From positions 60,204,001 to 60,268,000 of the forward strand of contig NC_086108.1 in NCBI RefSeq assembly GCF_963921235.1: DNA of 64,000 nucleotides. The letters are read 5' to 3'. The translations under genes were made by a program, and so were the position numbers. Below are positions 24,180 to 36,030 of the stretch, one piece after another. The notes beneath the pieces were generated by a model. That model ran no database searches, was not told the DNA's origin, and saw nothing but the letters and a program-made list of their open reading frames with translations. The number at the start of each line of letters is the position of its first letter. Within the stretch, counting starts at the first letter, position 1. The DNA comes from Mobula hypostoma. Its lineage: Eukaryota.

Positions 24180-27100
24180 ACTGAAGTGGATATTGTCTAT
24201 TTGTTCTTTAGCAAGGAAATCAACAAGGTCTTGTAGGATAGGCGGCTCTGAAAGGTTAAGTTCCACAGAATCCTGGGAGACTTAGTCAGGTGGGTTCAAA
24301 TTTGTCTTTGCAGTCAGAAGCGGAGTGTGGAGTTGAAATAAGAGAGAGTTGAGGCCGGATTGGGGAGAGGCGAATCCAACGAATAGAACCGAATTGTGGA
24401 GTACCGAGCCTGCACGTTGCGGGCAGCAAGGAACGGAGGGCGACAATGTCGCTTGTTTTCATCACCGATTCAAGCCAGACCGGAGTGCCGATCGTGGGCG
24501 GAACTGCTGAAGAGTAGATGAGTAAGGAGGCCACATCTGCTGAGTTGATAAAGAGAATATCCCGCAGGATGAACTGCTGGTCGACGGATAGTGGAAGTGA
24601 GTTAGAGATGGACGTTGGCGAGAAAGAGGAATGGAGTGGAAAGAGTAAGAAAAGAAAACAGAGGTATGAGATGTCGAACTCTGAGGAGCCAGGGGACAAA
24701 CAAAATAGGATAGCAAAACAACGGAAAGAAGATGAGATTAAAAAAACTGAGCGAAGACGGAGCGTCTTTTGGTGAATGGAACCCGATTCATTTGACGAAG
24801 ATAATCAACAAACTTATGGGTGAAGTCAAAAGTGCAAAGATTTTACGAAATGGATCGTTATTAGTGATTTGTCGGGATAGTGCTCAACAAGGCAAAGTGA
24901 TATGATTAAATAAAATAAATGGCAAAAAAGTACAATGCTCAGTACCCAACAATAGCAAGTGGACTAGAGGTGTTATTTTGGGGATACCAACAAAAGTTAC
25001 TCTGGATGAGATTAAACAGAACAATAAAAGGAGCAAAAATTGTTGAGGCCAAACGTTTGAAAGCTACAAGAAAAGGGATAAAGTGTGATAGTTTATCGGT
25101 TATGATTAAATTTGATGAAGAGAGATTACTGACTAAAGTTTATTTAGGGTATATGTGTTATAAGGTCAGAATATACATACCACTGCCTTTAAGATGCTTT
25201 AAATGTCAGAAATTAGGGCATATTGCGGCGGTCTGCAGAGCAAAACAAAGATGTGGAAGATGCACTGGAGAACATGAATACGGGAAATGTGAGGCGGGAG
25301 CTAGGCTGAAATGCTGCAATTGTGGCGAGGAACACAGTTTAGCTTATCAAGGGTGTGTTATTAGCAAGACAGAAGCTGAGATACAATATGTAAAAGTAAC
25401 TCAAGGAATCAGTTACATAGAGGCAGTGAAAGTATTTGCTGGAGAAGAGAAGGCTATCACGCAAACAAATTCAGAGAATAATAAACCGGTGAATTGTGAG
25501 GGCTGTAATATGACAAATAAGGATACATTAATAATGAGTAAGAAGGATTTCGTACTGTTTATGGTAGATGCAATTAACTGTTCAGCGCAAACAGACAAAA
25601 GAACCGAAAAAATTAAAATTATAGTCAAGTCTGCAGTAAAATATCTTGGTATTACAGGGCTTAGGTGGGAAGCAGTCAAAGACACGCTGAATGGAGGATC
25701 AAACAGTTCACAGGCAGGAAAGGCAGTAAATTAGTGGCTGTATATATATTTATCACAAAGGAATGCAAGGAGTCTTATCGCAAATGATCAAGCATTTATG
25801 AAGTATGTACCAGAATTTAAGGGGAAAACCTCAGGTTTTATGTTTACAAGAAACATGGTTGAAACCCAGGGTAAATGTGCAGAATTCCATCAACAAATAG
25901 AAGTACTCAATAAGAAAACTGTGAGTTGGAAAGAGATTGGACAAAACAGTACTGCATTTAAAGGAGACGGTTTCTGAAAAGATGCTTGTTGTCAAAATTC
26001 AGTGACATGGAAAACAGATTAAAAATGGAGGAACTTATTCCAAAGTTACAAAGGGAAAAAGGAATTTGTTGCAAAGTGAATTATCTACATTCGGATTATA
26101 AAATGGAAACATGGAAATAACTGAGGAAGAACTTCAAGATCTCAATAAACAACTACTAGCTTTGATTCAAGAAAAGGAAGACTTGGAAATAGCAGATAGA
26201 CTTGGAAAACAGCAATTTTAAATGCTAAGCATGCGATAATGAATATTCTCAAACAAGAAGCTTTTACTTTTACAAATGATTCAAATGAAATTAATGTGAT
26301 TTGAGGCAATGCAATTATTTGGAAACCACGTGACAGTTTATACATGAGACTAGGTTATGCTCGAGAATTTCAGTTCCTTGAAATTCTATAATTAATTATA
26401 CATCCTGCAGAGGGCAGTAATACGCCTAGATACGTCTAAACTGCCAGAAATAGAAGAAGAAGCAGAGGGTGGTAGTTGAAGGAATGGAGACTGGTGACTA
26501 GTGGTGTGCTGCAGGTCCATTGTTGGAAGCTTTGTTATGACTTAAATGTAACTACACAAGGCTTGGTTAGTAAATCTGTGAATGATTTGAAGTTGGAAGG
26601 TGTTGCTGATGGTGAAGATTATCGTAGTTTCCAGGAGGATCTTGATCATTTAGAGGAGTGGCCCAAGGAGTGGCAAATGGATTTCAATATAGATAAGGGT
26701 GAGGTGATACATTTTTGAAAGTCAAACCAGCAGAGGGACTACAATGAATGGTAAGGCATGAGGAAGTGGAATGGAACAGAGGGACCTAGGAGAACAAGTG
26801 CATAGTTTATTGAAAGCAGCATCACAGTTAAACAGGGTGGTGAGAAAGGTATTTAGCACACTAGTCTTCATCACTGAGGGCACTGAGTGCAGGAGCTGGG
26901 GCATATTGCAGATGTGTAAGTCATGGGGTGAGGCCATGGTTGGAGCATAGTGTACAGTTTTGGTCATCCAATTATGACCTGGTTAAACTGAAAAGAGTGC
27001 AGTAAAGGATGTTTCCAGGACTGGAGGGCCTGAGATATCGGGAGAGGTTGGTTTGGCTAGGTCGTTGTTCTTGGAAATGTTGGGGAATGAGGGATAACTT

Positions 27101-27400
27101 CAGAGAAATGTTGAAAATTATGAGAGGCATAGCTAGGGTGGATGGTAAATGTCTCTTCCCCAGGGTAGGGGAGCACAAAACTGAGGCAATACATTTAGGG
27201 TGAAAGGGCAAATATTTAAAAGGGACCTGAGGGGCAAGTTTTTTACACAGAGCTGCCTGAAGAAGTGGTTGAGGCAAGTACAATAGTATCATTTAAGAAG
27301 CACTTGGTGTGGTGGAGTTTAGGAATATGGGCCAAATATAGGAAAATGGGACAAGCTGGTCCGTGTGGACCTGCTGGGCCCGTATTCCTCCATGACTCTA
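24180..27400 (+). mobile_element. CR1 LINE 3' half (decayed); host of the Nimb insertion
   Basis: VDIVYLFFSKEINKV at 24185; resumes at 26464 with QRVVVE, VTSGVLQ, QEDLDHLEEWPKEWQMDFN, MFPGLEGLRYRERL. Confidence 0.8.
24322..26457 (+). mobile_element. Internally deleted Nimb/I-clade LINE: 5' UTR, ORF1, EN start, unrelated filler, 3' end with (GAA)n
   Basis: ORF 24919-25734 PLPLRCFKCQKLGHIAAVC...CGRCTGEH...CCNCGEEH; EN start RNARSLIANDQ...CLQETWLKP; 3' end gagggcagtaatacgcc...aaactgccagaaatagaagaagaag. Flanking agaagc at 24316-24321 and 26458-26463. Confidence 0.75.
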
Positions 27401-27462
27401 TAAAGATATTACTGAAGGTTTAATTGAATAGTGACATTACATCATCAAGCACTGAGGAAATA

Positions 27463-27661
27463 ATAGGTGAATATAGGAAGGTACGCACAGTGCCAGGAAA
27501 TTATAAAAGGAAGACAAATTTCCTATTAGGTGAATATAGGAAGGTATGCACTATGCCAGAGAATTATAAAAGGAAGACAAATTACCTAACTATTAGGTGA
27601 ACATAGGAAAGTATGCACAGTGCCAGGAAATTATAAAAAAGACAAATTACCTAACTATTAG
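27463..27661. repeat. Minisatellite, 3 copies of a ~63-67 bp unit
   Basis: Unit taggtgaatataggaaggta(c/t)gcacagtgccaggaaattataaaaggaagacaaatt(acctaac)tat. Confidence 0.9.
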
Positions 27662-27824
27662 AAATTCAGTATAAAAACTCCATTGACAGTTTGGAATGGA
27701 TGAAACTGAAGATGAATCATTGAAGTAAACGTAGCGGTTGGTTGAATACTGAGCCATCATTGGGCCATGATTCTAATTCAATATTATGTTGACCTAAAAG
27801 CAATTAATGTGATCAGTCTTCTAT

Positions 27825-28265
27825 GCAGTGGTGTGCTGGGGCAATGGCATCAACATGGGTGATGCAACAGGCTCAGTAAAGTGATCAGAAAGGCTGGCTC
27901 TGTCATAGGAGTTAAACTGGACACACAGGAGGCTGTGGTAGAAAAAAGGACCCCACAGAAAATCCTGGCAATTCTGGACAATGTTTCTCACCCTCTGCAT
28001 GCTACCTTGGCTGAACAGAGGAGCACTTTTGGTGATAGACTAAGACAACTGCACTGCTCCAAAGAGTGCTATATGAGATCATTCTTACCCTCAGCTATTA
28101 GGCACTATAGTGAGTCAGCCAATAGCTGGGGAAGTGATGACTCCCTTCTGTTAAGCTGTTTGAGGTAACATATTTTTAATTCTTTCTTATTCTTATTCTA
28201 ATATTTGTATATCTGTGCACTTGTAATGCTACTGTGACACCGTAATTTCCTTTGGGATCAACACA
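27825..28265 (+). mobile_element. Rex1-type LINE 3' end
   Basis: YAVVCWG; IRKAGSVIG; ILDNVSHPLH; RSFLPSAIR; 3' UTR ending taatttcctttgggatcaa. Confidence 0.75.
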
Positions 28266-28900
28266 GTAATCTGTGTTTATCTATCCATCAATGAAGCAAC
28301 CATTTCCATTTTTGGCAAGATGGCAATGTTGGAGGTTTAAAATACTTGGAGTTAAATAAATATAAAATATGTCAATATATCATTGTTCTTCAGAATTGGA
28401 GGTACATTAGGCAATGTGACACATGTATAGGACCGTATTGGTAGTTAAATAGGGTTCAATCTATTGATCTTGATTAGAATTATGTTTATGTTGTGACTAT
28501 TACAGCTAAATATGATACTTCATACTAGGTGATGCAAATTCTGGCAACATTTTTCTGTGGCAAAAGATAGTGTATTTGTGGCCTGCTTGACCTGATTAAC
28601 TTAGCACTTCTCTCCTAACTCTTCTTTCACATTCTAAGTAACAGCTTACATCTACTTTATCCTGCTCCTTATTAATCAGTTAATTAAAATTAATGTTTCT
28701 GCATATTTCTATTGTTAAACTATGTGCAATTTGCTCAGTACGCTAATGTTCTGAGGAAGGAATTCAAAATTGCACTCAGATTCTAACTACTTTCACTATT
28801 CGTGTTAAGGTAAGTGGTATGGCACTAAGGAATGTTAATGAACCATGTCCATAGTTCCCTGAAAATGGTCACAAAGGTAGATAGGGTGGTGAAAAAGATA

Positions 28901-29523
28901 CAAGGGGTGATTGATAAGTTTGTGGCCTAAGGTAGAAGGAGTCAATTTTAGAAAACCTAGCACATTTATTTTTCCTACGTTTACACACTTAGTCCAGCGG
29001 TCGTGGAGCATACGGATCCCTTCTTTGTAGAAGTCGGCGTCTTTGACCTCCAGAAGTGGTCCACAGCAGGGGTGATTGATAAGTTCAAGGCCTAATGTAG
29101 AAAGAGATGAGTTATTAACTTCAAACTTTCTGCAGTTTCACTCAAAGAGTTGAACTGCACATACATGTAACAAGAGCTGAATAATTCAACTCCTTCTACC
29201 TTAGGCCACAAACTTATCAATCACCCCTGCTGTGGACCACCTGGAGGTCCAAGATGCTCTCGTTAAATGCATGTGCAGTGTAACTCTTTGAGTGATAATG
29301 CAGCAAGTTTCAAGTTAATAACTCATCTCCTTCTACCTTAGGCCACAAATTTATCAATCACCCCTGCTGTGGACCACTTCTACAAAGAAGGGATCCGTAT
29401 GCTCCACGACCGCTGGACTAAGTGTGTACATGTAGGAGGGGACTATGTTGAAAAATAAATGTGCTAGGTTTTCTAAAATTGACCCCTTCTACCTTAGGCC
29501 ACAAACTTATTAATCACCCCTCG
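28901..29523. mobile_element. Mariner-derived palindromic MITE with TA TSD
   Basis: TA at 28899-28900 and 29524-29525; long inverted ends caaggggtgattgataagtttgtggcctaaggtagaagg; mariner C-terminal peptide FYKEGIRMLHDRWTKCVHVGGDYVEK* at 29378-29458. Confidence 0.9.
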
Positions 29524-29929
29524 TATATGGCATGCATGCCTTCACAAGCCAAAGAACAGAATATTACATCTTTACCTTCAGGTTGCACTTGGAGTATTGT
29601 GAGCAGTTCTGGCTACCATTCTGGATGAGTGCAGAGAAGATTCACCAGGATGTTGCCCAGATTGGGGGAGTTTAGCTCAGGGGAATTTCAGAACATAGAT
29701 CTTGGAAAGGTTGGGCTTGTTTTCACTGCAGTGAAAGAGGCTGAGGGATGACCAACCCCCACCTCCCATGCCCAGAAGTATATAAGATTATAAGAAACAT
29801 AGGGCAAAATCTTTTGCTCATTTTGGCTGTACCTAAAAAAAAGAGGCATAGTTTATGGTAAGATATAAGAAACTTTAAAGTATCTGAGGGATAATTTTTT
29901 TTGAAGTCGTTGATATCTAGAACAAGCTG

Positions 29930-30363
29930 TGTCGTGGAAATTTGACCTTAGTCAGGTGAAAATAATACTCAACTCCTGAGTCTTGTTTCGGGACCTTTAT
30001 TTTACTTGGTACCAAGGAGAAGAGAGCTGGTCTCCACCAGCACCCGACTCTGCTCTCCTGTTACAATAGGACCCTTTTATACAGTTCAGCATAGCAACAG
30101 GAGACTTAAATATATACAATCATTGTATAGAAATATTACCACACTAACAACATGTTACCGTTCACTGAAAAAAAAGTTCGACTGAAAGGAGCAGTTACTA
30201 TCCTGCTGAGCTCAGTACACCAGTTTCTGTGGGCGCAGCAGATTAGACTCGTAACTTATCTCGCAAGGGTTACACATTCTGTTCTCTATTTGCACACAAG
30301 GGTGTTTGCTTGGCAGTCTCCAATGTCCCTAGTCACATAATTTATTAACCCTTTTCCTCCACA
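29930..30363 (-). mobile_element. Solo LTR (434 bp) with 5-bp TSD
   Basis: TGTCGTGGAAA...TTTCCTCCACA termini; TSD agctg at 29925-29929 and 30364-30368; minus-strand TATAAAAG (30074-30081) followed by AATAAA (29996-30001). Confidence 0.85.
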
Positions 30364-31109
30364 AGCTGCCAGAGGAGGTGGCGGAATCAGATAAAATCCC
30401 AAAATTTTAATAAAAATTTAAACACTTAAATAGGCAAGACAAAGGATACAATCCTAATATCGGCAAATGGGGTTACTAAATTGAGCCAAAAGGGCTTGTC
30501 GTCAAGGTTTAGAGCAGGGGTATCAAACTCATTTTAGGTCACGGGCTAGATTGGGTAAAATACGACTTCATGTGGGCCGGATCAGTTGTGCACGCCTGCT
30601 CCCACAGCTTTCGTTGCCTTCGTTTTTCAACCTGCTCTCATGTGTCTCAGTGTCTGCTATAACCACAAAGTATTTCACCTAACAAATTTTGTTTCTTATG
30701 AAGAAGATTGCCGAGCAAGCATTATTTTTATGATTGGTATTAACTTACAGTCACAGGCTACAAGAAAGTTGTGATGAGAGAGAGAAAAAATAATGCTATT
30801 TTGGCTAAGATTGTTTTGGGAGCCACACCTTTTCAATAAACCATTTAAAATCGAACATTAGCAGACACAAATGTAGACCTAATGAAACAAATTGTAAATG
30901 TAGGCTACACAACTGCACCTAATTTTTATTAGCCTGCTTCCAGCAATCAAACTCAATGAACACAGTTAGCCTCTAATTTTTATTGAAGTGATCACATTTA
31001 CAATAATAGAATAGTCAGAAAATGAATGAATCACAATATTATGACACTCAATATTTCATAATGCATTTTGCTTACATGTCGCAGTGCACCAAACAGTGTC
31101 ACTCATTTT

Positions 31110-33183
31110 TCACTTGCTGCTTCCAGACACCTGACATTTCTTGGTTTTAACCAGCCTGTCAACATCAGGGACCAGTTTCTGGGCAGTTGTGATTTTCATA
31201 ATGTCATTTAGATGTCTGTGTGTCAGCTGCAAGTGCAGGTTGGATTTGTTAATGTTCATTATGGAGAATGCCTGCTCACAGAGATACGTTGTCCTGAACA
31301 TGCAAAGGATCTTTGAGGCAAAGTCTGTTACCTTGGGGTACATCGGTCCCAGGTATTGATAGAATGAGTCCAGATCCACAGTCTCAAATTTATATTTCAA
31401 AGCCGAGTTACACTGAATTTCAATTAGGTCCATTTGGAGTTCCTCCGGCACATCTGATGCTGCGTTGACAGCAAACGGCGAACAAAATAGTGAGAATTCC
31501 TTCTCGAGCTGAGTGAAGACTTGGAAACGGTTCTGAAACTCACTTTTCAGCCGTGATATTTTGTCCTTGTACCTGTCCATGTTGTCATTATTCCCATGAG
31601 CGACACACACAGACTGCAAAGAGGGCAAATGAGCTGGGTTGCTCCGGGATAGTTGCATCTCCCACAGGCCTAAGTTAATTTGCAAGGCACAAATGCTGTC
31701 GTCGTATTCCGTAACAAGTTGGTTGCGGCCTTGCATGTTAACATTAAGCACACTTAAGTGCTCTGTTATATCCACCAAAAATCCAAGATCATGAAGCCAG
31801 TCTGGGTCATCCAACTCTGCCACTGGCTTCCCTTTCTCGTTCATGAATAGTCCAATTTCTGCACGTAATTGAAAAACAACGTTTGAGCACAACCCCTCTG
31901 CTCAACCAGTGCACTTCAGTGTGGTAGGGTAGGCCGTGTCCAATATTATTTTCGGACAAAAGAGTGTCAAATTGCCGATGGTTGAGTCCCTTGGAACTAA
32001 TAAAATTGACCATTTTGATTACTACATCCATGACATTGTCCATTTTCATGCTCCTGCTACATAACACCTCTTGGTGTATAATACAAAGAAAATTCCAGAA
32101 TTCCTGCTCTGCATTCTCTATCTGAACTTTCTGAGTTTCACAACACTTGCCTTTCCCCGACCAAGGACAGTGCGCCATCTGTTGCCATGCTGACAGCGTG
32201 ACTCCAGTCAACCCCCAGTCTGTCGAAGGCCTCGACGAGGCTGGAGAAAATGTTGTTCGCCGTTGTGGTGTTTGTCATGGGCACCATCTCCACAAACCCC
32301 TCGGTGATGGTCAAAGATGCATCAACACCACAAATAAATATTCCCAATTGAGCTACATCAGTTACATCTGTGCTCTCATCAATTGCAATAGAGAAGGCCA
32401 TAAATGACTTCACTTACTGCAAAGCCTCTTCCAGTGATGCCTACTCTGAAGAAGTTTAAATCTTCTCTTCGATGGGAGTTCAGTGAAACCATCTCTCACT
32501 GCTCCCCATCTCCTATCATTTTGGATCTCTCCCTCCCCCTCCCACTTTCAAATCTCTTACTAGCTCTTCTTTCAGTTAGTCCTGACGAAGGGTCTTGGCC
32601 CAAAATGTCGACTGTACCTCTTCCTAGAGATGCTGCCTGGCCTGCTGCGTTCACCAGCAACTTTTATGTGTGTTAAGTGACCCCACTTTGTCTTTTAATT
32701 GACTGTTCAAATCTCCTGCCAGGTCCCCGATTCTCTCTGCCACAGTATTTCTTGACAAGCTGTTATTACCAAAGACCTCTCAGGGCACACCAGCTCAGCC
32801 GCCGTCAGCACGCATGCTTTGATGAATTCCCCCTCTGAGTATGGCTTCGACACAGCAGCTATTTTGTTGGCTATAATATAGCTGGCCTTGACAGCTGTAT
32901 CATGAGTCTCTCGACTTTTGGTGAACACTGATTGCTGTCTTTTTCAGAGCTGCTTCAAGCTCATTTACCTTTTGCGTTCTGAGTCGTCCTGCATACTTGT
33001 CATATTTTTCGCCATGTGACGTCTCATAGTGTCGTTTGATATTGTACTCTTTTGCCACAGCCAATTGTTGCGAGCATATCAGACACACAGGTTTGCCGTT
33101 GACCTCACAGAAGAAAAAATATCTTTCCAATTATCGTTGAATATCCGACCTTCGATGTCAACTGTTCTTTTCTTGGAAAGCAT
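31110..33183 (-). pseudogene. hAT transposase pseudogene (frameshifted, interrupted)
   Basis: MLSKKRTVDIEGRIFND; PVCLICSQQLAVAKEYNIKRHYET; FSIAIDESTDVTDVAQL; SMATDGA; CIIHQEVLC; TEVHWLSRG; TTYLCEQAFSIMNINKS. Confidence 0.9.
32416..32676 (+). mobile_element. PLE terminal fragment with hammerhead remnant, inserted in the hAT transposase
   Basis: ttagtcCTGACGAagggtcttggcccaaaatgtcgactg; interrupts transposase QLKDKV|KSFMAFS; imperfect flanking duplication tgacttcactt / tgaccccactt. Confidence 0.75.
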
Positions 33184-33205
33184 TTTGAACTACAGCAGCA
33201 AACAC

Positions 33206-35564
33206 CGTCATAGTCAGATTACAAACCCAGCATCCGAGTGCCCTCATTACCATCTCGGGTGACTTCAACCAGGTTACCATGGCTAGAACACTGCCCAACT
33301 TCACGCAGTATGTGAGCTGTACAACCAGAGGGGAGAGGACTCTGGATTTGATGTACGCTAACGTTGACAATGCATACAGCTCCTCTCCCCTCCCCCCATT
33401 GGGAAGGTCAGATCACAACCTGGTGCATCTAAAACCCTGCTACGTGCCTCTGGTAAAGAGTAAACCTGCAACCTCGAGGACAGTGAGGAAATAGTCGGAG
33501 GCTTATGAGGCGTTCCAGGGTTGTTTTGAGGTGACAGACTGGCAGGCACTCTGTGAGCCACATGGAGAGGATATTGATGGGCTCACAGAGTGCATCACTG
33601 GTTATATCAACTTCTGTGTGGACTGTCCTTTGTTATTCAAATAACAAGCCATGGGTAACAAAGGACATTACAGACATCCTGAATGCTAAAAAGAGAGTGT
33701 TTAGAGATGGAAATAGGGAGGAGCTGAGGGCAATACAGAAGGACCTGAAAGCAAGGATCAGGGAGGCTAAAGACGGGTATAGGAGGAAGCTTGAGTGGAA
33801 ACTCCAGCAGAACAACATGAGAGAGGTCTGGAGGGGGATGAGGACCATCACTGGGTTCTGGCAAACTAGTAACAGAGGAACTGAAGGCAGTGTGGACAGG
33901 GCCAATGAACTTAACCTGTTCTTTAATAGATTTGACAGTGTGGCCCCTGCCCATCCCCCACGATTCATCTGTTGTCGGCCCCCAACCAACACATATTCCA
34001 CTCCTCCTATCCCTCCTCACAGTCCCCCACCCTGCTCTCATGACTATACCCCTTCCTCACACGAAACCACCACAGTGGGCTTCACAGCTGAACAGGTGAG
34101 AAGACAGTTGAAACGTCTCAACCCAAGCAAGGCTGCAGGCCCAGATGGTGTCAGTACCAGGGTGCTCAAAGCCTGTTCCCCTCAGCTATGTGGAGTACTT
34201 CACCATGAGCCTGAGTCTCCAGAGGGTTCTTGTGTTGTGGAAGATGTCATGCCTCGTCCCTGTGGCCTCAATGACTACAGACCGGTGGCATTGACCTCCC
34301 ACATCATGAAGACCCTGGAGAGACTTGTTCTGGAGCTGCTCCGGCCTATGGTCAGGCCACACTTAGATCCCCTCCAGTTCGCCTACCAGCCCTGACTAGG
34401 AGTTGAGGATGCCATCGTCTACCTGCTGAACTGTGTCTATGCCCACCTGGACAAGCCAGCGAGTACTGTGAGGGTCATGTTTTTTGACTTCTCCAGTGCG
34501 TTCAACACCATCCGCCCTGCTCTGCTGGGGGAGAAGCTGACAGCGATGCAGCTCGATGCTTTCCTGGTGTCATGGATTCTTGATTACCTGACTGGCAGAC
34601 CACAGTACGTGTGCTTGAAACACTGTGTGTGTCTGACAGAGTGATCAGCAGCACTGGGGCTCCACAGGGGACTGTCTTGTCTCCCTTTCTCATCACAATT
34701 TACACCTTGGACTTCACTACTGCACAGAGTCTTGTCATCTTCAGAAGTTTTCTGATGACTCTGCCATAGTTGGATGCATCAGCAAGGGAGATGAAGCTGA
34801 GTACAGGGCAATGGTAGGAAACTTTATCACATGGTGTGAGCAGAATTATCTGCAGCTTAATGTGAAAAAGACTAAAGAGCTGGTGGTGGACCTGAGGAGG
34901 GCTAAGGTGACCCCTGTTTCCATCCAGGGGGTTAGTGTGGACATGGTGGAGGATTACAAATACCTGGGGATACGAATTGACAATAAACTGGACTGGTCAA
35001 AGAACACTGAGGCTGTCTACAAGAAGGGTCAGAGCCATCTCTATTTCCTGAGGAGACTGAGGTCCTTTAACATCTGTCGGACGATGCTGAGTATATTCTA
35101 CGAGTCTGTGGTGGCCAGTGCGATCATGTTTGCTGTTGTGTGCTGGGGCAGCAGGCTGAGGGTAGCAGACACCAACAGAATCAACAAACTCATTCGTAAG
35201 GCCATTGATGTTGTGGGGATGGAACTGGACTGTCACGGTGGTGTCTGAAAAGAGGATGCTGTCCAAGTTGCATGCCATCTTGGACAATGTCTCCCATCCA
35301 CTACATAATGGACTGGTTGGGCACATTCAGCCAGAGACTTATTTCATCGAGGTGCAACACTGAGCGTCATAGGAAGTCATTCCTGCCTGTGACCATCAAA
35401 CTTTACAACTCCTCCCTTGGAGGGTCAGACACCCTGAGCCAATAGGCTGGTCCTGGACTTATTTCCTGGCATAATTTACATATTACTAATTAATTATTTA
35501 TGGTGCAGCTGTAACAAAAACCAATTTCCCTCGGGATTGATAAAGTATGACTCTGACTATGACT
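33206..35564 (+). mobile_element. Rex1/Babar-type LINE (EN C-part plus RT) inserted in the hAT upstream region
   Basis: ITISGDFNQ, TLDLMYANV, LGRSDHNLV, NNKPWVTK; RT closely similar to 16329-18012; atgact-type tail. Confidence 0.9.
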
Positions 35565-35872
35565 GAACAGTCTCAGCCTTGCTACAGGTGTTACTTACCT
35601 GAGTACTCTGTGTGTTTATTCTGTGTCTGACGACGTAAGTGGGGCCCCAGTGGTCTTCAGTGCAGGGTGGTAGGTGCTTATGCACAGCGGGTGGTTGACT
35701 GCCACCTATTGTTTTCTAAGTACACACAACAAGCTGCCGGCACAGCAGGCAGCACAGACAGCGGTGGGAGAGAGAGTGGCTGCTGTACAGATACATAATA
35801 AATAGTCGCGAATATATTTTTCTTTCTCCAAATCATCCCGCGGGTTGGTAGTTTGACATCCCTGGTTTAGAG

Positions 35873-36030
35873 ACTTATATGCCTTAATGACCCAGAGAGC
35901 TATGCTGGCTGGAGTCTGGGCTTTATGCTTTGGCTCTTGGTAGTATCACCCATGTCAAACAAAGGGTAGAGGCCAGACTAAGAGAGGTCCACCAATCTTA
36001 AAGGTTCAGGGGATCTGCTCAGGGCAAACA
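35873..36030 (+). mobile_element. RTE-type LINE 5' UTR fragment (target of the hAT insertion; left part at ~30490-30514)
   Basis: aatgacccagagagctatg...gggctttatg...ggtag..tcacccatg.caaac...gccagactaagag resembles recalled fish RTE/Expander 5' UTRs. Confidence 0.5.

Larger units (their letters stand above)
28800..30480 (+). mobile_element. Decayed CR1 3' fragment hosting the mariner MITE and the solo LTR
   Basis: DRVVKK|YGMHAF split by the MITE; LHLEYCEQFW; FTRMLP; NKL|PEEV split by the LTR. Confidence 0.7.
30515..35864 (-). mobile_element. Full-length hAT DNA transposon (GTF2IRD2/SPIN-like, Buster group) with nested insertions
   Basis: TIRs caggggtatcaaact / agtttgacatccctg; perfect 8-bp TSD gtttagag at 30507-30514 and 35865-35872. 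Confidence 0.92.

Noticed and set aside
24919..25734. 271-aa zinc-knuckle ORF as a host gene
   Set aside because: LINE ORF1 with upstream frameshifts and stops, and a second decayed copy at 7500-8900.
27463..27661. CRISPR-like array
   Set aside because: Head-to-tail tandem units with no unique spacers, no cas genes, and a eukaryotic context.
31110..31892. GTF2IRD2 or other domesticated hAT gene
   Set aside because: Frameshifted, interrupted, and enclosed by TIRs and a TSD: a transposon fossil.
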